This document shows positions 1 to 10,353 of a DNA stretch of 64,000 nt, in pieces (the stretch's first letter is position 1; each line of letters begins with the position of its first letter). This stretch comes from Acinetobacter phage phiAB441. The stretch is taken from the sequence record PV420835.1. One strand, written 5' to 3'. Position numbers and translations under genes: made by a program. The notes under the pieces were generated by a model. The model worked only from the letters and a program-made list of their open reading frames with translations. It searched no databases and was not told the DNA's origin.

Positions 1-30
1 AGAAGTCTATGTTTCTTAATAGGAGTAATT

Positions 31-1176
31 ATGTTTGATATAAACACTTCTCCTGTTAAAGTAGATATTAACATTGAAAAAGATGTACTAACTACAGATG
101 GGTTCTACCAAGTAGGTTTTATCACAGAGAATGATGTTGCACCAAGAACTTTAATTGTAGAAAGATTGAAAGACCTTTTAGATAACGGCTATGACAGAGC
201 TTCTAAGGCTTATAACTTTTGTTTAGGTGTATTTGCACAGAATCAAATGAAACGTGTTGTAGTGCGAGCTAAACGATCTTCTGAGACGTATTTTGAAGCA
301 TATTCAGCAGATGATAACTCAGAGTATTATTATGTTGTTATAGAATCAAAAGATATTAATGATATTGTGACATTCAACACAGCAATTCAAGATGAGTTAA
401 AGTTACAGTATTTTTCATCTTCAGAGAATGCATCTGATCAAGTTTACGGTAGAAAATTAGTTTATTACTATCAACCATATTTCGGTAATGGTTGGTTGTT
501 ATATGATTCTTCAAACATCGTTGAGACAGATGAAGGTAAATGGTTTTATATTGGTGAACTTGGTAACTATTCAGACGGTAAAGGTAGTTGGTCTTTCGAT
601 GACAACTCTATTACCGATTGGGACACTTCGGATAATGTTCTTTTAGAATACCAAGATTTAACAGAAGAACAAGCACAAAGTAAATCTTTAGAATATCCTG
701 AAGGTGCATGGATTGGATACTGTGGTTGGTTTTTCCCAAGTCAAGTTCAGTGGTTATATAAAAACTTAACACGAGTTGACTACTTCAATTTAAAGCAAAT
801 ACCAAATTATTCAAATACTACAATTATGCTGTACTTTGACAGCAAGTCTACTGTCGGTACAGGTAAAACTTGTCAAGAGGTAGAAATTAATGAGCATATT
901 TCTCTTGACTGGTTGAAGTATGCTTTACAAAGAAAACTGTGGAAATCTCTTTATACAAATAAGAAGATAAACGCAACAGTTTATGGACTACAATCTTTAG
1001 AAAATCAAATAAAAGAAATATTAGATGTTTCTGTAGAGCAAGGTATTTTCTCAAGCTATATCATAACAGACAGAAAACTTGATCGAATAAATAATAAAGC
1101 ATCTTTTAAATTTTCAGCAACTTTAACTCATTCTATCTTAGGGGTAGATAAAGTTGAAGGGACTATTTATCAATAA
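31..1176 (+). CDS. virion structural protein (tail/neck module, function unassigned)
   Basis: 381-aa ORF with AGGAG RBS, first gene of a tightly packed +strand structural operon; no recognisable catalytic motifs. Confidence 0.5.
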   Translation: MFDINTSPVKVDINIEKDVLTTDGFYQVGFITENDVAPRTLIVERLKDLLDNGYDRASKAYNFCLGVFAQNQMKRVVVRAKRSSETYFEAYSADDNSEYYYVVIESKDINDIVTFNTAIQDELKLQYFSSSENASDQVYGRKLVYYYQPYFGNGWLLYDSSNIVETDEGKWFYIGELGNYSDGKGSWSFDDNSITDWDTSDNVLLEYQDLTEEQAQSKSLEYPEGAWIGYCGWFFPSQVQWLYKNLTRVDYFNLKQIPNYSNTTIMLYFDSKSTVGTGKTCQEVEINEHISLDWLKYALQRKLWKSLYTNKKINATVYGLQSLENQIKEILDVSVEQGIFSSYIITDRKLDRINNKASFKFSATLTHSILGVDKVEGTIYQ

Positions 1177-1188
1177 AAAGGAAAAATA

Positions 1189-2232
1189 ATGTTAACAATT
1201 GATCAAATTGTTCGTGTTGTAATTCGCAGAGAAACATCAACAAAAACTGTTCGTGATCTTCAAAAGATTGCTATTCTCTCAGAACACACACGTTTTGCAG
1301 AAACTTTCAGACGCTATCAATCTACAACTGCTATGTTAGCTGATGGATTTTTAACTTCTGACTTTGCATATATTGCAGCAAATCGAATCTTCTCTCAAGA
1401 CCCTCAAGTAAAAGAAATCATTGTTGGTAAGGTAGTTGATGGTGGTACAGGTGTTGACTATGTATCAGAGATTACTAAGTTACAATCTGAAGCTGCTGAC
1501 TGGTTCTTCTTGATTACAGATGCTACTGATGATGCAGATAAACTAGCTATTGCTAACTACATTGAAACACAAACTGCTATCTACGTATTCAGTGATCACA
1601 ATACAGCAACTATCACTAACGCTACAACTGACATCTTCTCAACAATGAAAGAGCAATCTTTAATGCGCTCTATTGGTATCCACGTTAAAGATGCAGCAGT
1701 AGTTGCAGCAGAAGCAGCGCTTGTTGGTAAGTTTGCAGTTGATGTAATTGGTAGTAATTTATGGTTGCATAAAACTCTTACAACTCTAAGTGCTGAAAAC
1801 TTTAGTGCTACCGAAGTTGGTTATTTAAATAGCAAGAATGCTCTTTATTACACTAAAGTTGGTGCTGATTCAGTTGTTGAAGGTATGGCTAACGTAGTTG
1901 GTGGCGAGAAGATTCATGTCATCTTAGGAGCTATCTGGTTAGAAGTTCGTATTGGTGAAGCATTCTGGAATTTACTATACACCAAGAATCGAATTCTTTA
2001 TACAAATGGTGGTATTGATCAGTTCAAAGCTGTTCTTGTTACTATCTTAAATCAAGCTGTTGATAATAACATTTTAACAGATGATACACCTTTCCAAATC
2101 ACTGTACCAGATGCTAATAAACTTACTTCTGCTGAACGTGCTAGTGGTGTTCTTTCTAAGATCACATTCCGCGCTCGTCTTGCTGGAGCTATTATCTTTG
2201 TTGATGCTGTTGAAGGCACTGTTTACGCTTAA
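1189..2232 (+). CDS. putative tail sheath protein
   Basis: 347 aa, position immediately upstream of tube-like ORF and chaperone/TMP; N-terminus resembles small sheath-family proteins; assignment by synteny. Confidence 0.4.
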   Translation: MLTIDQIVRVVIRRETSTKTVRDLQKIAILSEHTRFAETFRRYQSTTAMLADGFLTSDFAYIAANRIFSQDPQVKEIIVGKVVDGGTGVDYVSEITKLQSEAADWFFLITDATDDADKLAIANYIETQTAIYVFSDHNTATITNATTDIFSTMKEQSLMRSIGIHVKDAAVVAAEAALVGKFAVDVIGSNLWLHKTLTTLSAENFSATEVGYLNSKNALYYTKVGADSVVEGMANVVGGEKIHVILGAIWLEVRIGEAFWNLLYTKNRILYTNGGIDQFKAVLVTILNQAVDNNILTDDTPFQITVPDANKLTSAERASGVLSKITFRARLAGAIIFVDAVEGTVYA

Positions 2233-2250
2233 TAAAAGGAAAATAAAAAC

Positions 2251-2787
2251 ATGGCAAATACAATTACTTCATACATTCCATCAGCGTTAACAATTGTTAT
2301 CAACCATCCAGCAACTAACACAACACACGTTATTGGTGGTTATTCACAAGATTCAGTTGTTTCAATTGAGTTTCCTGATGAGACGTGGACAGAAACAGAA
2401 AGTATTGATGGTATTACAACTCGTACACATCGTAAAACAACTACATATCGTGCAACTATTAGCTTAGACCAAACATCTCGTAGTAATGATGTTCTTTCAG
2501 CAATTTCACGGTACGATGAACAAGATTTGACAGGTATTCAAGGAATTTTCACCTGCACTATTACTGATAAATCGGGTCGCTCATATATTTATTCAAGTCA
2601 ATCATTTGTTAAGAAACCACAAACACAAGAATTTGGTAGTTCAACTTCTACTCGTGAGTGGATGATTGTCTTAGCAGCTAGTGATGCTTGGGTTGGTGGC
2701 TCTGGATTAATTGACCAAGAAACACAAGATGTTTTATCTGCATTTGGTGTTGTTGTTGATGATCAATGGAAAGCAATGACAGCTTAA
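2251..2787 (+). CDS. putative tail tube protein
   Basis: 178 aa, Thr/Ser-rich, follows sheath-like ORF; synteny only. Confidence 0.4.
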   Translation: MANTITSYIPSALTIVINHPATNTTHVIGGYSQDSVVSIEFPDETWTETESIDGITTRTHRKTTTYRATISLDQTSRSNDVLSAISRYDEQDLTGIQGIFTCTITDKSGRSYIYSSQSFVKKPQTQEFGSSTSTREWMIVLAASDAWVGGSGLIDQETQDVLSAFGVVVDDQWKAMTA

Positions 2788-2795
2788 GGTGATAT

Positions 2796-3371
2796 ATGTC
2801 TTTATTACATAGTTATGTTCCTAGCGCAACTAGAGTTAAACTTTTCGGTATTAATGTTGAGGGATTTGGTACAACAAACTTATTTGAGATTGAACGTGAT
2901 GCTCCAGCAACAACATTCCGAAAAGCAATGGATGGTAGTCACACAGCATTCGTTGATAAATATGGAAGCTATAGAATTAATGTCTATGTAATGCAATCAA
3001 GTGAAGCTAACACATGGCTTCATTTGATTTTTAAAGCTTATCAGAAGTTTGGTGCTGACTTAAAGATTCCTTTAGAGATTGAAGATAAGAGTGGAAAATT
3101 ACACTTCACTTCAATGGATTGTTTCTTTGAGACTGAACCAACAGTTACTAGAGGTTCAGAATTAGGTGAAGTTGTTTGGACATTTGTTTGTCACAATGGA
3201 GCTTATAATATTGCTGGTAACGGTAGTGTTGATGATCTTTATGATAAGTTAGCTTCAATCATTCGACTAATTGAAATTGGTGGATTAATTGGAATTGACT
3301 TTAGTGACTTCACTGACAAGATTATGGAGTCTGCTGATACAGCAATGACAAGATTAAGAACTTTAGTTTAA
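2796..3371 (+). CDS. tail-associated structural protein
   Basis: 191-aa ORF in structural operon. Confidence 0.4.
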   Translation: MSLLHSYVPSATRVKLFGINVEGFGTTNLFEIERDAPATTFRKAMDGSHTAFVDKYGSYRINVYVMQSSEANTWLHLIFKAYQKFGADLKIPLEIEDKSGKLHFTSMDCFFETEPTVTRGSELGEVVWTFVCHNGAYNIAGNGSVDDLYDKLASIIRLIEIGGLIGIDFSDFTDKIMESADTAMTRLRTLV

Positions 3372-3385
3372 TAGGAGCTTTACAA

Positions 3386-3913
3386 ATGGGTATTCTAAAT
3401 GAGATTGCTTCTAAAGCTAAAGATTTAATTCAAGGAAATAATTTACTTAATCGAAGAACACGTTCTTATGATGCAAGTAAGAATAGAATTGTTGTTGCTG
3501 GTTTTGAGTTAGATGGTGTTGTTGAAGCGACACTTTCCGCTAAAACAGTAGCTAAGTCAGATCAAGGTGTCAGTAAGTATTACTACACTTATTATGAAGT
3601 ACATGAACCATTAACTTTAAACATAACCGTATTACCAACAGCTAAGTGTAATGAGATTCTACAATTACTAGCATATACTCAGAATAAGAAAAAAGGATGG
3701 TTTACAACATACATTGTTGAGAATGGAGTTCCTGTTGATGTTTATAAATCAGTATTCTTAAACTTATCTGAAATTGGTATGCAAGCTGAAGGGCAAAATA
3801 GAACATACATTTTAGGCATCTGTGATGCAAACAACAATGCTGTAGAACAAACAGAAAGTGTTATTGGAGAAGAGACTTCTTTAGACACTCCTGTGGCAAT
3901 TGTTCCAGAATAA
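3386..3913 (+). CDS. tail-associated structural protein
   Basis: 175-aa ORF in structural operon, GGAG RBS. Confidence 0.4.
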   Translation: MGILNEIASKAKDLIQGNNLLNRRTRSYDASKNRIVVAGFELDGVVEATLSAKTVAKSDQGVSKYYYTYYEVHEPLTLNITVLPTAKCNEILQLLAYTQNKKKGWFTTYIVENGVPVDVYKSVFLNLSEIGMQAEGQNRTYILGICDANNNAVEQTESVIGEETSLDTPVAIVPE

Positions 3914-3936
3914 GAATAAATTTTAGGAGAAATTAA

Positions 3937-4332
3937 ATGTCTACTAAGACAAAACAAGTTATTAAAACAATTAATGATCGCGCATATGTGATTAACGCCT
4001 TTCGTGGAGAGAAGGGTTGGGAATTTCTTCCTCGTGTAGCCAAATACATTTTCCCATTCATCGGATTACTTGGTGGTGGAGAAGAAATGACAGAAGAAGA
4101 AGCTGGTAAGAATCTTATGCTTTTACTGGAAGGTGAAAACGCTAAAGAGTTATCAGCTTTGATCAAAGAATTGGTTGCTGACATTGAAGTTGGCGGTATG
4201 CGTATTAACTTCAATGAAGAGTTTGAAGAAAACTATGATGCATTATTAATTCTAACAATTGAAGTTATTAAATTAAATTACGCTAAATCTTTTCAAAGAC
4301 TCGTTACGAATTTACAAAGCGTTCTAGCGTAA
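3937..4332 (+). CDS. tail assembly chaperone (G-like)
   Basis: 131-aa acidic protein directly upstream of the tape measure gene; canonical position of the gpG/gpE chaperone. Confidence 0.5.
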   Translation: MSTKTKQVIKTINDRAYVINAFRGEKGWEFLPRVAKYIFPFIGLLGGGEEMTEEEAGKNLMLLLEGENAKELSALIKELVADIEVGGMRINFNEEFEENYDALLILTIEVIKLNYAKSFQRLVTNLQSVLA

Positions 4333-4391
4333 GTGAATCGTCAACGAGGGTAAATAAAGCAGAAATAGAGAAGATTGAAAAGACCTTCTCT

Positions 4392-4577
4392 ATGCCTTTA
4401 GCTTGGATTTCCATTCTTGATAATGCAGAAACAGATTATGTATCTACATTACAAAAGCTCAAGTATGAATTAACCGTTGATGATGTTTACGATCTTTTAG
4501 AATATCTTGAGTACAAGAAGTGGAAAAATCACGAAGAAATGTTAGCACAGCAAGAACAACATAATAATAAAAGGTAG
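4392..4577 (+). CDS. tail assembly chaperone second frame (GT/E'-like extension)
   Basis: reading frame is open from 4287, overlapping the 3' end of 3937..4332 in the -1 frame; classic G/GT arrangement before the TMP. Confidence 0.35.
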   Translation: MPLAWISILDNAETDYVSTLQKLKYELTVDDVYDLLEYLEYKKWKNHEEMLAQQEQHNNKR

Positions 4578-4582
4578 ATAGA

Positions 4583-6631
4583 ATGCAGATAGCAAGTTTA
4601 TTCGCATCATTAGGGTTTAAAGTAGACACTAAAGGGTTAGATGCATTCCAATCTAAGCTTCGTGAAGTTCGTGGTGATACAGCACTATTTGCGCGTAATG
4701 CTAGGGCTTTAGCTGCTAACCTACGTAGTATGTCATCTGGATTAGACGGTGTTACTACTCGACTTGATAAGCTTTCATTGAAAAGAGCAAATGCTAATAT
4801 TTCTGAAAGTTATACTGAAGTTGCAAAATCTGTTGCTCGTGTACATAATGCTTTAAATGGAATTGCAAACAATCAGAAACGAATTACATTAAGTTTAGGG
4901 AAAATTCATTCATCAGTTAAAGCTGGTGAACCTATTTGGGACAAATACAAACAGTCTGTTCTAGAAACTAAAGCTGCATTACTTCAAGTTAATGGTCAGA
5001 TGCAACAGCTTAGAAAAAACTCTAGTGTTGGTGTAAGAACAAGTGGAACGGGTGGTGGCAGTGGAGGAGGTTCTACAGGTGGAAGACCACGATCTTCATT
5101 CGGGATGTCTTTAGGTGGTAGTGAAGGATTATTAGCTGGTGGTGGTTTCTTTAGAGCCATGCTCCCTGCTGTAGCTACTGCTGGTGGTTTACCTACTCTT
5201 GGTTATGCTGTAGCTAAAGTTGTTGAACAAGGACGAGAAGTTCAGAAGATGGACATCGTTCTTAAAATGGCTTCATCAAGTGCAGAAGAGTTTGGTAGAA
5301 ACTTAGAGTTTGTTAGAAAGACAGCACAAGAAGTTGGTGTTGATGTAACAGAGTTTGGTCAAGCATACGCTAAGATGCTTCAAGCAACCAAAGATGTTAA
5401 AGGTCTTGGTCTTGAAGATAAAGAGAAAATGTTTAGAGACTTATCAATTTACATGCGTACAATTGGTAGTTCTGCTGATGATCAGCAAGGTATCTTCCGT
5501 GCATTAACACAAATGTTCACTAAAGGTAAAGTTCAAGCTGAAGAACTTTTACAGATGGCAGAACGTGGTGTCCCTGCTGCTATTGAGATTAAGAAAGCTG
5601 CAATCGAAGGTCTGAAAATGACTGAGAAGCAGTTTGAATTAGCTCAGAAGAAAGGTGAGCTTGATCCAGCAAAACTTCTCCCTATTATGTCTGCTAATTT
5701 AGCTAAGTTAGCTCAAGATAGTGGTGCATATGAGAAAGCACTACAAACATCTGCAACAGCACAACAACGCTTTAAGAATGAATTAAAACTTCTATCTGAT
5801 GAAATCTTACAAGGTGGTTTAGATCAAGGTCTTAAAAACTTATTTGAAAACTTAACCGATTTAATCAAAGTTACCAAAGAAGGTATTCAGTGGTTAAAAG
5901 GATTTAAGAAAGGTTTAGATGAAGTTAGTGGTGGTAATTCAGGGTTAATTCTTAGTCTTGCTGCACTTTCATTAGTTTTATTAAGATTCAGAAAACCAAT
6001 CATGATTCTTTGGCAATCATTCAAGCTTGTTAGAGTAATGGGCGGTGGTTTATCAACATTCTTTAGTGGGACATTTATTAAGAGTATTCTTAGACTTGGT
6101 GGTAAGTTATTCTGGTTAGTTACAGCATTTGAAGCTGTTATAGCCATTGGTAACGCTTTAAATAAAGAAGCCGAAGGAACTCCAACATGGATTAGTTGGT
6201 GGATTCTTAACTTAGAGACACTTTATGTAAACGTTGTTTATTATATTGCTAAGATGCGATATGAGTGGGCTAAGTTCACTAATGATATGAGCAATAATGC
6301 TAAGTTATCTTTCTTTGGTGGTGAGTTGGAATCTGATAGGATTTTAAATAAAGCCTATAACAAGGGCAACAAACAAATACCTTCTGGCTCTCCAGATACT
6401 TCAGATAAAGTTCAAGGCGGTGCATATGCTTTACTTGAAGCCCTCAAGTATTTAAGAAATGAAGTAACTAGTGGTCGTTTAGGCAGAATTAGTTATGAGC
6501 CTTCTCAAATGAGCAATCAAGGAAGATTAGGTTACATTGAGATCATGCAAGATGGTAAGAGTGTTGGAAGATTGGATTTAGATTCTGCTGGTAATAACCA
6601 CGCTAAAATAACATCGGGGACATACTTTTGA
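4583..6631 (+). CDS. tail tape measure protein
   Basis: 682 aa, long coiled-coil N-half, Gly-rich GTGGGSGGGSTGG linker, hydrophobic C-terminal segments; position after chaperone pair. Confidence 0.85.
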   Translation: MQIASLFASLGFKVDTKGLDAFQSKLREVRGDTALFARNARALAANLRSMSSGLDGVTTRLDKLSLKRANANISESYTEVAKSVARVHNALNGIANNQKRITLSLGKIHSSVKAGEPIWDKYKQSVLETKAALLQVNGQMQQLRKNSSVGVRTSGTGGGSGGGSTGGRPRSSFGMSLGGSEGLLAGGGFFRAMLPAVATAGGLPTLGYAVAKVVEQGREVQKMDIVLKMASSSAEEFGRNLEFVRKTAQEVGVDVTEFGQAYAKMLQATKDVKGLGLEDKEKMFRDLSIYMRTIGSSADDQQGIFRALTQMFTKGKVQAEELLQMAERGVPAAIEIKKAAIEGLKMTEKQFELAQKKGELDPAKLLPIMSANLAKLAQDSGAYEKALQTSATAQQRFKNELKLLSDEILQGGLDQGLKNLFENLTDLIKVTKEGIQWLKGFKKGLDEVSGGNSGLILSLAALSLVLLRFRKPIMILWQSFKLVRVMGGGLSTFFSGTFIKSILRLGGKLFWLVTAFEAVIAIGNALNKEAEGTPTWISWWILNLETLYVNVVYYIAKMRYEWAKFTNDMSNNAKLSFFGGELESDRILNKAYNKGNKQIPSGSPDTSDKVQGGAYALLEALKYLRNEVTSGRLGRISYEPSQMSNQGRLGYIEIMQDGKSVGRLDLDSAGNNHAKITSGTYF

Positions 6632-7482
6632 TATACACATTAATCATTAAAAACTCAGATGGACAAACCTCTTCGGTTATTTCATTTAGCTCTGTTCGAT
6701 CTTTCTCTGAATCATTAGGTGCTACTACAACAGATAATGTTGTTGAATATGGATTCCCTGTTTCTGATCACATGTTAGTTAGTAATATTACATTTGACTT
6801 GGATGTGATTGTTACAGGTTTTTCAGTGTTTGATGAAAATCTAGAATTATTTTGGAATGGTTCTGATTTTACAACAAATTCACTAGATCAACTGACCACA
6901 CAGAATGCACACTTATTAATGAGAAAACAATTAAAGGATTTGATTCTTAATCGTATTGTTTTCTCATTACTTATCACAGAAGATAATTCTTTTGTTCAAG
7001 ATATTAATACCAAAGAAGCACAATTACGTAAGAGTATTGTTGATGAGTATGTAAACTGTGTTTGTACAAATTTAACATTATCTGAGTCTGAAGCGACAAC
7101 TGGTGCTATATTTGCTAAATTGAATATTAAGCAAATTAGATCAGCATTGGTTAAAACAAGAGAATTAGAGCAAGGTGAAAGAGTAAGACAAATTGATCGT
7201 ATTGCTCCAACACCAACAGTATCTTCACAGAATTCTTCTGATGTAAGTAAAGGTGTTGATTCAGATGGTAATGCTGACCTATCTAAAGAAACTAAAGGTA
7301 TCTTAGATGGTGAGAAGCAAGGTAAATTACCTAAGTCTGCTGAAACAGGGTTATCTCAAGCTGAGATTAACAGAAGACAAGTTGAGTCTAATGCTATTGC
7401 TACAGGACATATTCAAAACAAACAAAGGTTAGCCGAAGCAGCTAGATTGGATGCAAAAAGAGAAGCTGGAGATTTTAGATGA
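6628..7482 (+). CDS. tail/baseplate assembly protein (Mu gp43 / P2 gpU position)
   Basis: 284 aa, ATGA overlap with TMP stop; synteny. Confidence 0.4.
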   Translation: MIYTLIIKNSDGQTSSVISFSSVRSFSESLGATTTDNVVEYGFPVSDHMLVSNITFDLDVIVTGFSVFDENLELFWNGSDFTTNSLDQLTTQNAHLLMRKQLKDLILNRIVFSLLITEDNSFVQDINTKEAQLRKSIVDEYVNCVCTNLTLSESEATTGAIFAKLNIKQIRSALVKTRELEQGERVRQIDRIAPTPTVSSQNSSDVSKGVDSDGNADLSKETKGILDGEKQGKLPKSAETGLSQAEINRRQVESNAIATGHIQNKQRLAEAARLDAKREAGDFR

Positions 7483-7871
7483 TTACAGACAATACTGATA
7501 TTTGGTACATCATTAAACTCTCCTTATTTAATAATACTAATTACTATAATGACATCATAATTGATGGTATCTCTTGTCGATTTACTTTTGAATATAATGA
7601 AAGATTAGGGACTCGATACCTATCTATTGTTACTGCTTCTGGAACTGTGCTTTTAAGTAAAACACCTCTATTTGAAGATAACGAAATATATTTAGATAAT
7701 AATGCTGATCTTATTGGTATTCATGATTGTTTCCTTAAATTAGTTAAACTTGATCAAATGATTGAGAGTGACTTATTAAACTGGCAAGACAATTACATTA
7801 TTTTTATTAAAGGTGTTTATGATGACATCTACAATGACTATATGAATTTTACTAAATCATTAGTCGTTTAA
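7479..7871 (+). CDS. tail protein
   Basis: 130 aa, overlaps upstream stop; synteny. Confidence 0.4.
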   Translation: MITDNTDIWYIIKLSLFNNTNYYNDIIIDGISCRFTFEYNERLGTRYLSIVTASGTVLLSKTPLFEDNEIYLDNNADLIGIHDCFLKLVKLDQMIESDLLNWQDNYIIFIKGVYDDIYNDYMNFTKSLVV

Positions 7872-7880
7872 GGAGGGAAT

Positions 7881-9194
7881 GTGGCAGACATTAAGGGCTT
7901 TCAAATCGGAAGATTGCTTGAAGTCAATATTTATAATTATAATAGTAATGAGGTTGTCACATTCTCAGGTTTTGATATTGAATGTGAATTCTATAAAACA
8001 GATGATGCTGTAAATGAAGCTTCGATTGGTAAAGTTGCAATTTACAACATGACAGATGAAACATTCAATAAAATTAACATCACAGGATGTGAGTTAGAAG
8101 TTAAATTCGGTTATGAAGCTACAGAAGCTAAAGCTCAAAGATTATTCTTAGCTTTTGTAACTGCTGTTGATAGACATATTGATGGTAGTAACGTTATTAC
8201 AGTATTTCAAGTATCTCTTAATTTTAAGGAATATAACTTCACACCAATTACAGTTTCAAAAAAAGAAAAAACTATAGGTTCAATCATCACACAAGTTGGT
8301 GAATTCTACGATGCTGTTTTTAAGATTGATTTAGGAAATATTCCAAAAGAGCAACAAAGTAAGGTTACAGAATATATTACAACTGGTTTAATTCCAAAGT
8401 TCACATTCAATGGAACATTAGATGAATTCTTAAAAAGAATTAATAATGATTTCGGTTTAACAAATCATAATGTAAGTGAAGATATTAAAGGAAGTAAAAA
8501 TAAATTAGTTAAAGAATTAATTTTTACATTCAGAGATAATTACGTTCCTATTATTATCAATAAAGTTAACAAACCTTTTGCAAAAATCAAAGAACAACAA
8601 GAATTAGATATCTTGTTCCAAAGAGATACTTCGGATGTTGTTACAATATTGAATCACGATACAGGGTTATTAGGAACACCACAAGTTGAATATAAAATTC
8701 AGCGTGTTTCTGAATATTGGAATTTTGCTGAAACTGATCAACAGACATTTGAATCTCAGGTAAGGCAACAAGACAGGAATATTCGAGAAGCACAAGCTTC
8801 TATAAAAAGAGCCGAACGAGAAGCTAAAGCTAGAGAAAAAGGTAAAACACTAAAGCCTAGAAAACCTAGAAAAGCTGGAACAATTTCTGTAAGAAGAAAA
8901 TACTTAAAAGCTAGGGCTTTACCAAATCCAGCAGTAAGACCTTTAAGTATCATTGAAATACAATCTAAAATTAAAGAAAATAGTGGATTGTATCGTGTAC
9001 GAGGTGTTCATTTTAGTGTTAACAACTTTAAGCAAGATGTCTATATGGAAATGACATTAGAAAGTGTTGATACAGAAGATAAAGTTGTTTATGTTGATCC
9101 AACAACAGAAAATGATTTCGAAATGAATGGTAGCTTAGGTTATGACATCTCTGTTGGTAGTGAAAGTGATATCGAAACAGGAGGTATCGAATAA
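7881..9194 (+). CDS. baseplate hub protein (Mu gp44 / P2 gpD-like)
   Basis: 437 aa in hub position preceding spike/gp25/J/I set; contains an unusual Lys/Arg-rich internal segment (aa ~295-350). Confidence 0.5.
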   Translation: MADIKGFQIGRLLEVNIYNYNSNEVVTFSGFDIECEFYKTDDAVNEASIGKVAIYNMTDETFNKINITGCELEVKFGYEATEAKAQRLFLAFVTAVDRHIDGSNVITVFQVSLNFKEYNFTPITVSKKEKTIGSIITQVGEFYDAVFKIDLGNIPKEQQSKVTEYITTGLIPKFTFNGTLDEFLKRINNDFGLTNHNVSEDIKGSKNKLVKELIFTFRDNYVPIIINKVNKPFAKIKEQQELDILFQRDTSDVVTILNHDTGLLGTPQVEYKIQRVSEYWNFAETDQQTFESQVRQQDRNIREAQASIKRAEREAKAREKGKTLKPRKPRKAGTISVRRKYLKARALPNPAVRPLSIIEIQSKIKENSGLYRVRGVHFSVNNFKQDVYMEMTLESVDTEDKVVYVDPTTENDFEMNGSLGYDISVGSESDIETGGIE

Positions 9195-9916
9195 TGAGAG
9201 ATTTAGCTCCTATTATTAAAAATATTTCAATGAATGAAATGAAGTCTCTTAATTTTTGTATGCCTGCTGTAGTGATTGGTATTGATCGAATAAAAGATGG
9301 ATTAATTGATGTTGCTCCAGTTATCGATAAGTTCACTTCAACACTAGGTTACACTGAGTATGAACCAATACATGATGTCCCAATCATCACTCCTAATACG
9401 TCTACAACGTCCATACAGGTTCCTATCAATCAAGGTGATGGTGTACTACTACTTTTCACTCAAAGTGACCCTAGTGAGTTTATACAGGGTTTAAAAGATG
9501 CTCATGAGCCTAACACAAACTCATTTCTTTCTTTAGACAATGCTGTTGCTTTAGTTGGGTTTAATCCATACCAAGAATCTGTTTACAACAATAACAATTA
9601 TAAAAACGAATTAGACAACACAGCTTTAAATATTGTTCACAATAAAAATACAGAAAATGAAGTTATGATGTCATTTAAGTCAGATGGAACTATGAGTCTC
9701 ATTTGTAATAAAGTGAATGTATCATGTCAGCAAGCTGATGTAAAAGCAGAGACAGTTAACGTTGATTCAAGTCTTATTGATGCCAAAAACTCATTAATTA
9801 AAACGGATAATGATGTATCTATTAAAGGTAAATCTGTTTACACATTTATGACAACACATACACATGGTGGTGTTATGAGTGGTGGAAGTAACACAGCACC
9901 CCCTAATCCACTATAA
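9194..9916 (+). CDS. baseplate spike/assembly protein (gpV / Mu gp45-like)
   Basis: 240 aa, ATGA overlap with hub gene; position and size. Confidence 0.5.
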   Translation: MRDLAPIIKNISMNEMKSLNFCMPAVVIGIDRIKDGLIDVAPVIDKFTSTLGYTEYEPIHDVPIITPNTSTTSIQVPINQGDGVLLLFTQSDPSEFIQGLKDAHEPNTNSFLSLDNAVALVGFNPYQESVYNNNNYKNELDNTALNIVHNKNTENEVMMSFKSDGTMSLICNKVNVSCQQADVKAETVNVDSSLIDAKNSLIKTDNDVSIKGKSVYTFMTTHTHGGVMSGGSNTAPPNPL

Positions 9917-9928
9917 CAAGGAAATAAT

Positions 9929-10345
9929 ATGGACTTCTTCTTAGATCAAAACACAAAAGACCTTGTTTTAGTAGATGGTGATTTTAAAATTATTACAACA
10001 CAGCAAGAACAGTTAATGCAACGCTTATTCATTAGATTAAAAACGTTTGCGAGAGATTTGTTCTGGAATCCTTCTTACGGTATTGATTACTTAAACAAGG
10101 TTTATGGCTTAAATAGAAATAAAAATACAGTTGATGCTTTACTGTTAAGTGAAATTCAAAAAGAAGAAATGGTTGAGTCAGTGACTTCTTTTGAATCTGA
10201 AATACAGAATTACAAATATGGATGTAAGTTTTCAGTTAGATTACTTTCTGTTGATATTCCAATAATTTTCTACACTTTGGTTACTGAAAACGGATTAACA
10301 CTCACAGATGAGAACGGAAATATTCTCACTGCTCAATTAGCTTAG
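9929..10345 (+). CDS. baseplate wedge protein gpW/gp25-like
   Basis: 138 aa, size and position typical of gp25/GPW family. Confidence 0.55.
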   Translation: MDFFLDQNTKDLVLVDGDFKIITTQQEQLMQRLFIRLKTFARDLFWNPSYGIDYLNKVYGLNRNKNTVDALLLSEIQKEEMVESVTSFESEIQNYKYGCKFSVRLLSVDIPIIFYTLVTENGLTLTDENGNILTAQLA

Positions 10346-10353
10346 GAGAAATA

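Noticed and set aside
2081-2290. 69-aa +strand ORF overlapping the end of the sheath-like gene
   Set aside because: Lies in an alternative frame of a well-supported CDS. Leu-rich low-complexity translation typical of shadow ORFs.
3742-4214. Antisense ORFs 3742..3957(-) and 3933..4214(-)
   Set aside because: Opposite strand of the tightly packed structural operon. No RBS. Serine-rich shadow-frame composition.
5887-6147. Antisense ORF inside the tape measure gene
   Set aside because: Embedded entirely in a high-confidence CDS on the other strand.
8756-9336. Antisense ORFs 8756..8953(-) and 9028..9336(-)
   Set aside because: Inside hub and spike genes. No independent support.
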